64,000 bases of DNA, taken from Octopus bimaculoides. Taxonomy: Eukaryota. The translations under genes were made by a program, and so were the position numbers. A model generated the notes under the pieces. That model was not told the origin of the DNA and searched no databases. It saw only the letters and a list, made by a program, of their open reading frames with translations. This document shows positions 23,678 through 35,041 of the stretch, one piece after another. How positions within the stretch are numbered: position 1 is the first letter of the stretch; each line of letters opens with the position of its first letter. Where the stretch lies: positions 19,449,254 through 19,513,253 of the forward strand of contig NC_068985.1 of the NCBI RefSeq assembly GCF_001194135.2. The letters run 5' to 3'.

Positions 23678-25699
23678 CAAATAAAAGATAAAAGATGAAT
23701 CCCTGAATTGAGAGAACTGGTATTAACCCTTTTGGTAACAACCCACCAGGGATTACCACCAGTTCTATCATACATACTTCATGTTTAACTCTTTAGCATT
23801 CAGATTCAAATGTATTCAGATTTCAAATGTAATACTTATTTATTCAGATTGTTTTCAATTAGTTATGCATTATCTCATACTTTTGAAATTTTGATGATGT
23901 GATTGTTTATTTTTTGAATGACATTACAGGGTAGACGTGAAAGACTAGTTTTGGCCAGTTTGAACATAAAACAGGTAGAATATTTGTGTCAAATATGGTT
24001 GGTTCAAATGTTAAAGAGTTGATGTGATCTAAATCTATAGATTCCTTCAAATTGTTCTGTTAATTTATGTTCCAAACACCAGCTTAATAATGACAAAATT
24101 ATTTTACTAAATTCTTCATTATTTCAAAATTAATTGAAAAAATGGCAGTGTATTTTGGCCTAAATACAGTAACAAGTGAGTTAACCATTCCATTGGTAGA
24201 TCAGTTTAAATGATTAATTATCTTTACTAGAAATCTGTAGAAAGAGTAGACCCAAAAAGATATGGGATGAAGTGGCAAGAAAGGATCTTCACATGCTGGG
24301 CCTCAATGAGGAGATGACAAGGGACCAAGACTTGTGGCGATTCACTGTACTTCAGAAAACATGTCAAGCTATGTAAAATCTCAGCCGTCCTTACATATAG
24401 GGATGTCCTTTATGGCCATACCCACTCTCCCTCTCTCAGCCAAAAAGTCTTTGACTTGAGGTGCCAGTATCATGTAAAATGCACTCATGCTGGTGCCACA
24501 TAAAATGCGCTCATGCTTGTTCCATGTAGGAAGCACTCAGCACACTCTGTAAAGTGGTTGGTGTTAGGAAGGGCATCCAGCCATAGAAACCATGCCAAAA
24601 CAGACAACTGGAGCCTGGACAACTCTCTGGCTGGTCAGCTCCTGTCAAGCCATCCAACCCATACCAGTATGGAAAACTGATGTNNNNNNNNNNCAAATAA
24701 AAGATAAAAGATGAATCCCTGAATTGAGAGAACTGTCATTAACTCTTTTGGTAACAACCCACCAGAGACTACCACCAGATCTATCATACATACTTCATGT
24801 TTAACTCTTTAGCATTCAGATTCAAATGTATTCAGATTTCAAATGTAATACTTATTTATTCAGATTGTTTTCAATTAGTTATGCATTATCTCATACTTTT
24901 GAAATTTTGATGATGTGATTGTTTATTTTTTGAATGACATTACAGGGTAGACGTGAAAGACTAGTTTTGGCCAGTTTGAACATAAAACAGGTAGAATATT
25001 TGTGTCAAATATGGTTGGTTCAAATGTTAAAGAGTTGATGTGATCTAAATCTATAGATTCCTTCAAAATGTTCTGTTAATTTATGTTCCAAAGACCAGCT
25101 TAATAATGATAAAATTATTTTACTAAATTCTTCATTATTTCAAAATTAATTGTAAAAATGGCAATGTATTTTGACAGAAATACAGTAACAAGTGAGTTAA
25201 CCATTCCATTGGTATATCAGTTTAGATGATTAAATATCTTTACTAGAAATCTGTAGAAAGAGTAGACCCAAAAAGATGTGGAATGAAGTGGCAAGAAAGG
25301 ATCTTCAGATGTTGGCCTCAATGAGGAGATGACAAGGGACCAAGACTTGTGGCGATTCACTGTACTTTAGAAAACATGTCAAGCTACATAAAATCTCAGC
25401 CGTCCTTACATATAGGGATGTCCTTTATGGCCATACCCACTCTCCCTCTCTCAGCCAAAAGGTCTTTGACTTGCAGGTGCTGGTACCATGTAAAATGCAC
25501 TCATGCTGGTGCCACATAAAATGCGCTCATGCTGGTTCCACATAGGAAGCACCCAGCACACTCTGTAAAGTGGTTGGTGTTAGGAAGGGCATCCAGCCAT
25601 AGAAACCATGCCAAAACAGACAATTGGAGCCTGGACAACTCTCTGGCTGGCCAGCTCCTGTCAAGCCATCCAACCCATGCCAGTATGGAAAACTGATGT
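23678..25699. repeat. ~1.0 kb direct tandem duplication (23678-24683 and 24694-25699) separated by a 10-N gap
   Basis: The two copies begin and end at the same sequence and differ by scattered substitutions and small indels. Confidence 0.95.
23785..24022 (+). mobile_element. piggyBac-type MITE (TTAA-flanked)
   Basis: ttaactctttagcatt...aatgttaaagagtt termini; related copies at ~24800, ~35490-35715, ~38465-38680(-) and ~38940-39150(-). Confidence 0.65.
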
Positions 25700-25739
25700 T
25701 AAACGATGATGATAATTACTTTAAACTACTGACTACCAG

Positions 25740-25808
25740 TAACATATCAAGCTATCAATAACATGTCAAGCTATCAATAACATGTCAAGCTATCAATAAC
25801 ATGTCATG
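25740..25808. repeat. 19-bp minisatellite (aacatgtcaagctatcaat) x ~3.5
   Basis: Directly visible. Confidence 0.9.
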
Positions 25809-26087
25809 CTTGTTAACTTGGTCAGCTGTGATTCTCAACAGTGTAAATAACAGGTAAATACCAGAATCAAATTGGTAAAGAATTCAAAGTATATACAATG
25901 TAGACATTAACTGCATCAGCATTTTTAATGTTTGTTTGAATGTTCAGGGTAAATTAACTTAAATTGTAAATTCAAAGAGCATGAACAAGAAAAACTGAGT
26001 AATGAAGCATGGGATAAATATGTGTAGAGAAAAAAAATAAAGATAAATTGACAAAGCTACACAAAAATAGGAAAGATTAAAACTTAC

Positions 26088-26236
26088 AGGATTTCATCTT
26101 CACTAAGTGCATCATATCTAGCATTGAAATTAGAGATATGCAATTTTACGAGATCTTCAACTGGTAGATAACTTGTCCCGGTTTGTGTAAAATTAGTGGT
26201 ATATACTGAATTATAGACTTTTGAGAACCACCAAAT
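26088..26236 (-). CDS. GDPD5-like: GDPD5-like exon: IWWFSKVYNSVYTTNFTQTGTSYLPVEDLVKLHISNFNARYDALSEDEI(L)
   Basis: 149 nt, ttttatag acceptor, gtaagt donor, phase 0 to 2, stop-free. Confidence 0.88.
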
Positions 26237-26834
26237 CTATAAAAAGTGGAACAGAGGATAAAAGGTTATTCATAAAATTAGTTGGGATTATATTGGTTTC
26301 AAATTTTGGCACAAGGCCAGCAATTTCAGCGGAAGTGGGTAAGTCGATTACATTGACCCCCAGCAACTCAACTGGTACTTATTTTATTGGTCTGAAAGGA
26401 TGAATGGCAAAGTCGACCTCGGCAGAATTTGAACTCAGAATGTAAAGACAGACAAAATGGTGCTAAGCATTTTGCCCGGCATGCAAACGATTCTGCCAAC
26501 TTACCACCTTAAATTGGGATTATATAAAAATATATTGGACAAACCAATTAAAGACACTTTATAAGATATTTTTTATTTATTTTTTTTGTATGTTGTAGTT
26601 GTGTTTAAAAGATCTGAGTAGAATAGAAGCCTGGAAAACAAACAAGTTAGGAAACACAAGATGCAAATCTTGCCTCAAGGAAAGATACTTTAGTCAAAAA
26701 GAAAGGATTTGAGACAATAATGGAAGAGTTGAAACAGCATATCATAGCAGTAGCAGTTGTGTTTGAAAAGTCTTAGAAGAAAGGTTTGGTTTGAGGTTTC
26801 CAAATGTGTCAAAGCTAATATTTAAAAATTACTG

Positions 26835-27040
26835 CTATAGGCCTGAATCAGAGAATAAGGCACTATGTGTTCCAAAATATTGGTGTAGGCAGAAGGAATG
26901 GCATCACAGCGCAGTGCTACATTGACCAGATTCTAAGACCTCACATCGTGCCCTTCTTCACGTGTCAGCATAGGACAATACACCATCAGCACAACCTCAG
27001 AACCATGCCGTGGCCGGCTCTCAGCCTGGATTTAAAATTA
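26835..27040 (+). mobile_element. Internal fragment of the Tc1 element found at 28023
   Basis: Near-identical to 28893-29130 with an internal deletion. Confidence 0.9.
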
Positions 27041-27393
27041 CTGCCAACCAAACATCATTATGAATACAACACTAGACAACAGACAATACCACCTCGCTAC
27101 TACAAACTATTATATTAGCAAAATCACAAGCTATCTTTCTTGGCTGTAACTTTTGGGTTGAAAATTCAACTTGTATACTAGAAAATACAATATGTTAATA
27201 TTGCTAGAACTTTCAGGTTTATGTGCAAACTTTTATCCAGGATATCGATAATGTTCATAAAGCATTCCATACAAAGAAGGAAACTGTGTCATCAATCACC
27301 ATATAAATAACAGAAACTAATTGACATGTCAAAACTAGCATATTTCATACAGATGCAAGTAATAAGAAAGTGAAAACAAAAAAAAAATTGTAC

Positions 27394-27615
27394 CTGTTTA
27401 GGAGGAATTCCAGTGTTCAATATCACATCAACAACTTTTTCATTAACTGTAGTGTTATAACGATTTTCCTTGACTGGGTATCGTATATCTATCAAAATAT
27501 TCTTTCCTGTCAAGTGTGCTAAGTCAATCAATTCTTTCAAAGACATAATGGTTTGGTTATTGTAGATTTCCTTTGCTTTGTCAGTAAGAGATCCAACAAC
27601 ATCCATTGGATCTTC
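27394..27615 (-). CDS. GDPD5-like: GDPD5-like exon: EDPMDVVGSLTDKAKEIYNNQTIMSLKELIDLAHLTGKNILIDIRYPVKENRYNTTVNEKVVDVILNTGIPPKQ
   Basis: 222 nt, attag acceptor, gtacaa donor, phase 0 to 0; DP...Q.I.SL..L..LA pattern. Confidence 0.92.
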
Positions 27616-28022
27616 CTAATATGCAGACAAATATATATATAAGAAAACAGGATCAGTACAGTAAACTTGAGAAAGAAAATTATGATATAAAATATGAACC
27701 AGTTTAGCAAAATGTTTGGTTTTGAGAGAAAATAACTGGTAGACATTTAAGACTGAGAGTGTATCATCCACCCTTTTTCTGAACTCTATTTTTAGCCGCT
27801 AAGCTGGGCAAGTATTACTTTTTAACCATACTATGGCTGTGGTATAACAAATTGCTGGTATTAAAACTTCAAGTGAGCCATATCTATAATTATTTATCAA
27901 TTTCAATAAGTTTACCATGGTTAATCATTAGTTATCAGAACAAGCAACTGGAGAATATTTAATTATATAATTGGTTTAAATGAATAAAAAGTGCCAGCAA
28001 GTAGATGTGTCTAGTAAATATA

Positions 28023-29525
28023 CACTGAACTGCAAAAGAAATGCGATTTTTCCCAAATGTCATTTTTATATGGTAAATTCTGAAAATTTGTTTCCAAGAC
28101 ATGCTGGTCTATGGCTGAGACTTAAATTGCAGGTGACTTTTCCACTTTCCCTGAAACAAAACACCAAAATGCAGCTGCGTTGAATGCCACGGGTGGCAGT
28201 TGCAAACAACTGTCATGAAAACCGAAATGCACATGCGTCTTGTGGAGGTTATGGGTATAACAATCAACTTGAACTGCATTCCTGGCATTCATAATTTGGA
28301 CACATTAGGTATGACCTGATAGTCAGCAGCGCAGAGAGAACAAGCTATTGGCTGATTGCAAGCAGGGCAGCATGCTCTGGTTGTTGCGAAAGCTTACAAT
28401 GTCCATGTCAGCGCCATCTCTCACCTGCAACACCGATACAACAACACCAACAGCACTGTAGACTGTGCCCTCAGCGGGTGCACCCCAGGCGACCACACCA
28501 AGCCAGGACCACTTCATCCACCTGCAACACCTCTGTGATTGCTTCAGACTGGCTCGTGTGACAGCTCGCGAGACCATTGGCACTGGACAGCAACCCATCA
28601 GCAATGACATTGTATGACATCAACTGGCCACCGACAACCTGCGTTGCCATTGTCCTGCTCGAGGGCCTGTCCTCACCACCCGCCACCATCAGACACGACT
28701 ACAGTGGGCTACACAGCACCAACATTAACGACATTAACAATGGGAGTCGATAGTCTTCTCTGACGAGAGCCGGTAATGTGTTTTCACCTCGGATGGCAGA
28801 GTGAGGGTGTGGCATAGAAGCGGTGAATGCTACAGAGATGCATGTGTCATGGAGAGAAATGTGTGGAGTGGCCAAAGCATCATAATTTGGGGTGCTATAG
28901 GCCTGAATCAGAGAATTAGGCACTATGTGTTCCAAAATATTGGTGCAGGCAGAAGGAATGGCATCCCAGTGCAGCGCTACATTGACCAGATCCTAAGACC
29001 TCACATCGTGCCCTTCTTCACATGTCAGCATAGGACAATACACCCTCCTACATGGCCACAGCCACCATGAACTTCCTGCATCAGCACAACTTCAGAACCA
29101 TGCCGTGGTCAGCTCTCAGCCTGGATTTAAACCCAATTGAACACCTGTGGGATGAAATGTAGACGGCTGAACCAGGTGGTCCCAAGGCTGACAACTCGTG
29201 TGGAACTGGAGGCAGTTTTCCACAGGGTGTGGGCATAGGTGCCAATGGCTTTTGTGGACTACCTCATGCACTCCATGTACCAATGGTGTATGGCTGTTTT
29301 GAGCACCCAGAGAAGGCATACACGGTACTGAACATGTCACGCCCTACAATCCCGATGTGCTGGATCCACCCACTACCAGAACACATGACAATAACTCATA
29401 GAATACAGTCAAAGTGCATCCAAGAAATTGACTTTATCAGAGTTATCAAAATTTATCGCTGACAAAATGAAATTAAAACATATTTCACAGTCTCACATGT
29501 CTCCTGTTTCTCTTGTGGTTCAGTT
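28023..29525 (+). mobile_element. Full-length decayed Tc1 (DD34E) DNA transposon
   Basis: TA-flanked degenerate TIRs cactgaactgcaaaagaaa / tttctcttgtggttcagtt; frameshifted transposase with FSDES, DGRVRVW, IIIWGAI, YIDQILRPHIVPF, LDLNPIEHLWDE. Confidence 0.9.
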
Positions 29526-29549
29526 TACAATAGTCACATAGAAATATAG

Positions 29550-29945
29550 GTGTAGGAGTGGCTGTGTGGTAAGTAGCTAGCTTACCAACCACATGGTCCC
29601 GGGTTCAGTCCCACTGCGTGGCATCTTGGGCAAGTGTCTTCTACTATAGCCTCGGGCCGACCAAAGCCTTGTGAGTGGATTTGGTAGACGGAAACTGAAA
29701 GAAGCCCGTCGTATATATGTATATATATATATGTATGTGTGTGTTTGTCCCCCCTATCATCGCTTGACAACCGATGCTGGTGTGTTTATGTCCCCGTAAC
29801 TTAGCGGTTCGGCAAAAGAGATCGATAGACTAAGTACTAGGCTTCTAAAGAATAAGTCCTGGGGTCGATTTGCTCGACTAAAGGCGGTGCTCCAGCATGG
29901 CCACAGTCAAAAGACTGAAACAAGTAAAAGAGTAAAAGAGTAAAT
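29550..29945 (+). mobile_element. Young full-length tRNA-derived SINE
   Basis: Intact head, body and (gtaaaaga)n tail; very similar to 62543-62925. Confidence 0.9.
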
Positions 29946-30651
29946 ATATAAAATTCCTGGATTTGAGTTGGTACAATAGAGTTATGTAGCATTTGGGACA
30001 CTGAATGATTTTCATCATCAACTATAAGGATGTTTCCACACTTGCACAACCCTATACACATACCACACCAACGCGCACACACACTGCTACCTCCTTACGC
30101 TTGCTTCCAGACATGGATGTATTCAATATACTTACACCTACACACCTATGACATCCCAACATTCCCACTTGGTTTCTAACCCTTTGTCTGTTTCTTTTTA
30201 TTGGATACTTCTCCTTCTCACTCCCCTATATACTTTTCTCTTTCTTTTCTTCTAATGAAGGACTAATGTCCAAGACATTAAGACATTCTCTCTTTTCGTT
30301 GAAGCATTAGGCTAACACTATGTTTGTTAAAATTTGTTCCTCCTGCATTTTCCTTTTTATTGTTCACTGTGTGTGTATATGATTTTAGTCAAAAGAGTTC
30401 CCAGTGTTTGTAAATATGAGGTTGAGTCGGGATGTTGGTTGAGCTGTTGATGCACACACCCAATTGTGTGCATCTATTCACCTAAAGAATCTCGAATGGA
30501 CACTCTTTGAAATGTCTTACAAATCTTTACTGTGCCACTAACAGATTGGATTTGGAGAATCTGTATCAGTTTATTTATTTATGTGTGAGTGAGTGTGGGT
30601 ATGTGTGTATACAAACATACATACACACACATGCATACATGCACACACACA

Positions 30652-30883
30652 GAGTGGTTCTCAACCAGGGTCTATATAAGATTTTGTTGTTAAAATTTAC
30701 ATGCAATGAATTGGTTATACTTCTACAATACACACAGTATTTTAATATTTTTATACAATTCCTAATAATATTTAATTATAGAAATAGAATTTTTAAACAT
30801 CAAATGACTAGGAGGATCCATTTGAGTAAAATAGGATCAAAGGGGTCCATAAATAAAAAAAAAAAAATGGCTGAGAAACACTG
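30652..30883. mobile_element. hAT/Charlie-like MITE
   Basis: Termini agtggttctcaacc / ggctgagaaacactg; sister copy at 48883-49135. Confidence 0.65.
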
Positions 30884-31216
30884 TTGTAAATGAATGTCAC
30901 TGTCATACAAGCAGTGTTATTCATTTCCAATATTCCACTAAAACATGTCTGGTCATGGGGAAATATTACATTGCTCGGAAACAGACCAGGGTTGGTGACA
31001 GGAAGGGCATCCAGCTGTAAAAGATCTGCCTCAATAAACTCTGCCTAACCCATGCAAGCATGGAAAAGTGGATGTTAAAACCAAGATGATGATGATAATC
31101 ATATGAAATTTTATTTCTATATTTATGAATATTTTCAGAAAATTTTAGAAATAAATAAAACCTATTACAAAAATAAAGTCCATACAAGAAACTTTAAATA
31201 CTCCCAGATAACTTAC

Positions 31217-31367
31217 CTCCAAAAACCAGCTTCCAGCATTGAGTTTCCGCATTTCAGCAAATGTAAATGTAGAAGCATCATCATCCACTCGGTCGGGATA
31301 TACTTCTTCAATATTGGTTGTCCGTCGTAATGTATCGTCATGTAAAATAAATGGAATTCCATCTGAA
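31217..31367 (-). CDS. GDPD5-like: GDPD5-like exon: (S)SDGIPFILHDDTLRRTTNIEEVYPDRVDDDASTFTFAEMRKLNAGSWFLE
   Basis: 151 nt, ttgcag acceptor, gtaagt donor; DG..HD..L.RTTN and LNAG.WF motifs; contained in ORF 31145..31417. Confidence 0.96.
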
Positions 31368-34239
31368 CTGCAAGTAAGAAAATATTTCAAATGACACATA
31401 TGTTTATCTGTAGCCAAACTTCCTTACTATCACTTCTAACCACACACATACTAGAACTCCATCGGTTATGATTACAAGGGTCCCAGCTGATGTGATTAAC
31501 AGAACAGTCTGATCATAGAATTGCCATGCTGAGTGGCTGAGCACTCTACAGACACGCATTCCCTTAATGTACCTCTCAGGGAGATTAAGAGTAACACAGA
31601 ATGTGGCAAAACTGGCCCTTTGAAATACAAGTACAACTCATTTTCGCTAACCAAGTGGACTGGAGCAATGTGAAATAAAGTGTCTTGCTCAAGGACACAA
31701 TGTGTCACCAGAAACCAAACTCACAACCTTACAATCATGAGCCAAATATCCTAACCACTAAGCCATCTGCCTTCACTTAACCACACACACACAGAGCTAT
31801 GGATAATAGATATTTAGATTGTTTATGGGTGGAGGCTTGGCTGTATAGTTTTGAATTTTGTTCCGCAACCATGTCATTTGGGTTTGGTCCCATCATGTGG
31901 CACCTTGGGAAAATATCTTCTATTATAGTGCTGGACCAATTAATACCATGTGAGTAAGTTTGGCTGACATAAACTGATGGAAACCTATATAGCATCTAAA
32001 TACACATACACACACACACACTTGCGCATGCACACACCACCACCATATGCCTGTCTTCGTGCTGCCACTGGTGCGATGGTTTGACAGGAGCTGGGAAGCT
32101 GGAGAGCTGCACCAGGCTCCATTGTCTGTTTCGGCATGGTTTCTATGGCTGGATGCTCTTCCTAATGTCGACCACTTTACAGAGTATACTAGATCCTTTT
32201 TCTGTGATACCAGCACCAGCAAGGTCACCAAATAACTTATGAGATGAAGACCACTTAGCAGGGAGAGGGAGTGGAACTGAGGGAAGTGGCTTTGTGCCAG
32301 TTAAGAGATTAGAGTATAATCGAGGGATAGAGATAGCAGTCTTACTATAGAGGAAAGGGAGGAGAGATAGAGTTAATATTTCATTTAGACATGATGGTAC
32401 TAATAACCTTAGAGAAAAGTGTTAGTCAAATACAAAGTGTAATAAGAAATTAGAGTGACAAAGGAATGTGCAACTGTGTTCTGAAGTTCATTAGCTTACA
32501 GCTGTTTCTGCAATAAGATGCAATGCACTGATAGTTGAGTGCTTGGGTATCATCTTATAGCTTTGCTGGAGTTTCAAAAATGAAGTGCAATTTTATTTGA
32601 GAAAGCATTTGTATATATAGAATACATCACCATTGAAAAAGGTAAAACAAGCAAAATTTAGTGTGTAATAGCTGATTATTCTACAGGTGTGTGTTTCTTG
32701 AACAATTCTTATGCAGAATTAGTATGACAGAGTATGTGACAAAGCTGTACCTTTCGGTTACATGTACAATCCAGGCCTTGTATACAGTTTAAGCCTACCC
32801 AGTTTCACCCATAAAAAATGGGCTGACGTGAGACTATGGGAAAAGTCAGCTGTCTGAGCTGCCATGCAGTAAGATTGAACCCAGGACACCATGGTTGTAA
32901 AGTGAATTTCTAAGCAAATAATTACATGCTGGCATCTATAGTTTTATATGTGTGTTTCAAGATGTTCTAAAATAGGATCATTATCATCATCATCATCGTT
33001 TAACGTCCGTTTTCCATGTTGGCATGGGTTGAATGGTTTGACTAGGGACTGGCAAGCCAGGAGGCTGCACCAGGCTCTAATCTGATCTGGCAATATTTCT
33101 ACAGCTAGATGCCCTTCCTAATGCCAACCACTCTGAGAGTGTAGTGGGTGCTTATTGCATGCCACCGGCACAGGAGCCAGTCAGGCAGCACTGGCATCAG
33201 CCACAACTACAATTTCCATCTTTGATTTCAATTTGATTGAGATTCTGATTGTAATTTTGGTTTTACTTGACTCAATAGGTCTCCTCAAGGACAGCAAGTT
33301 GCACAATGATTCAAAGGTACTTTTTAAATGGGCTGGTTATGCGCCGCTGGTATAGGCTATGGTTGTGATCTCACTTTACTTGCCGGGTCTCCAGCATATC
33401 TCCAGAGGTCTCAGTCTCTTGTCATTGCCTCTGTGATAAGGTGGTAAGGTACAACTTTAATTCCAAATAACATCAGATTCTTTAAGTTACGAGATAAAGT
33501 AATTGGTTGGTCGTAATCAAAATTCAGAGTTGTATCGATACACCAAAATTGAAAGCAATCTGAGCAAAATTAGGGGGGGGGGCTTATTTTACGAATGAGA
33601 AAGACTAGATCCCCTTTTTCCTCTAATATATATACATGTAATTAAGGTTCTATTGAATTAGGTACTTAAATTGAGGTACCTTGCTAGGTTGGTATAATCT
33701 GCACACCCCAACAATATTAATTGGATATTGAATATCAAGACTCTGTGCAGCTCCCCATTCAAATTGATAATAATGGAACTGGATGGTGACAGAGTCATTT
33801 TCTGTCACTAATTCTCACCTGTTTTTTAAAGGGAGTTTTCATTGTACTTGTCTCTGAAAGCATAGCTGCCAAATGATTTGTTTACAGGGAATTGACAGCA
33901 GACGACATTGACTCTGGCTCAGCAAGTTTTCATACAAGTGCAGAACATAAACACACACACACAAACTTTGTACAGATTCCATGTATCAATTTAACTAACA
34001 AACCAATGGTTAATCCAGGACTATAATAAAAGACACCCAAATTGTCATGCAGGACTGAACCCAAAACCATATGGTTGAGAAGTGAACTTCTTGACCACAT
34101 AGCTATTACTGCATCTTATTTAACAACAAATATTTCTAGTAGAGAAAACTGAATCACCAGTTATCAGGAATGGGTCATAGCTGAGAAATAACTTACAGAA
34201 TTTATATTTCAAAATGTAGAAAGAAACAATGTAATTTAC

Positions 34240-34322
34240 CTTATTCGTACATCTGACTCAAATCCATAGACACTTTGATTCGCAGCTAATTGGAATGCAA
34301 CTAAAGTATTCTCAGGTGCAAC
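34240..34322 (-). CDS. GDPD5-like: GDPD5-like exon: VAPENTLVAFQLAANQSVYGFESDVRI(S)
   Basis: 83 nt, ttgcaag acceptor, gtaaat donor; PENT and metal-binding ExD motifs. Confidence 0.95.
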
Positions 34323-34496
34323 CTTGCAAGAAAGTTTTTAAAATACAAAAGAGCTGAATTAAAATTTGCTTAAATATAATCCAACAGTAACATATTGAGA
34401 GATTTCTGGCTAAAAATAATGCTGTGTCTAATTTTCAAATATTGGTGAACTTTATTTAACACAATTTAATTACAAGGAAACAAGAAACAGAAAAAG

Positions 34497-34527
<31 letters not shown>

Positions 34528-35007
34528 GGGAGAGGGAACAATGGGTCACACACTCCAGAATAAATGACATGTTCAGCTACATCCCACAGACATGACCATA
34601 ATGGTATTGCTACAGAGAATGGCTAGTGACAAATTGATCCCAGGACTTACTATTTTCTAAGCCTAGTAGTCTCGTTTGCTGAACCACTAAGCTATGGGGA
34701 TGTAAGAACACCAACACTGGTTGTCAAGCAGTGATGGGGGAGCAAACACAAATACAAAGACACACACACACACATATGATGAGCTTCTTTCAGTTTCTGT
34801 CTACCAAATCCACTCATAAGGCTTTGGTCAGCCCAAGGCTATAGTAGAAGGTACTTGCTCAAGGTGCCACACAGAGTGACTGATGTATACTTCTATCACA
34901 TTTCAATCATTTTTCCATTTCTTCCTTCTCATCCTTTATGTATTCTGTCCTTGTGATGTCCCCCCTCATCCTATGCCCCTCTGGCTAATAAAAGAAATTA
35001 TTATTTA

Positions 35008-35041
<34 letters not shown>

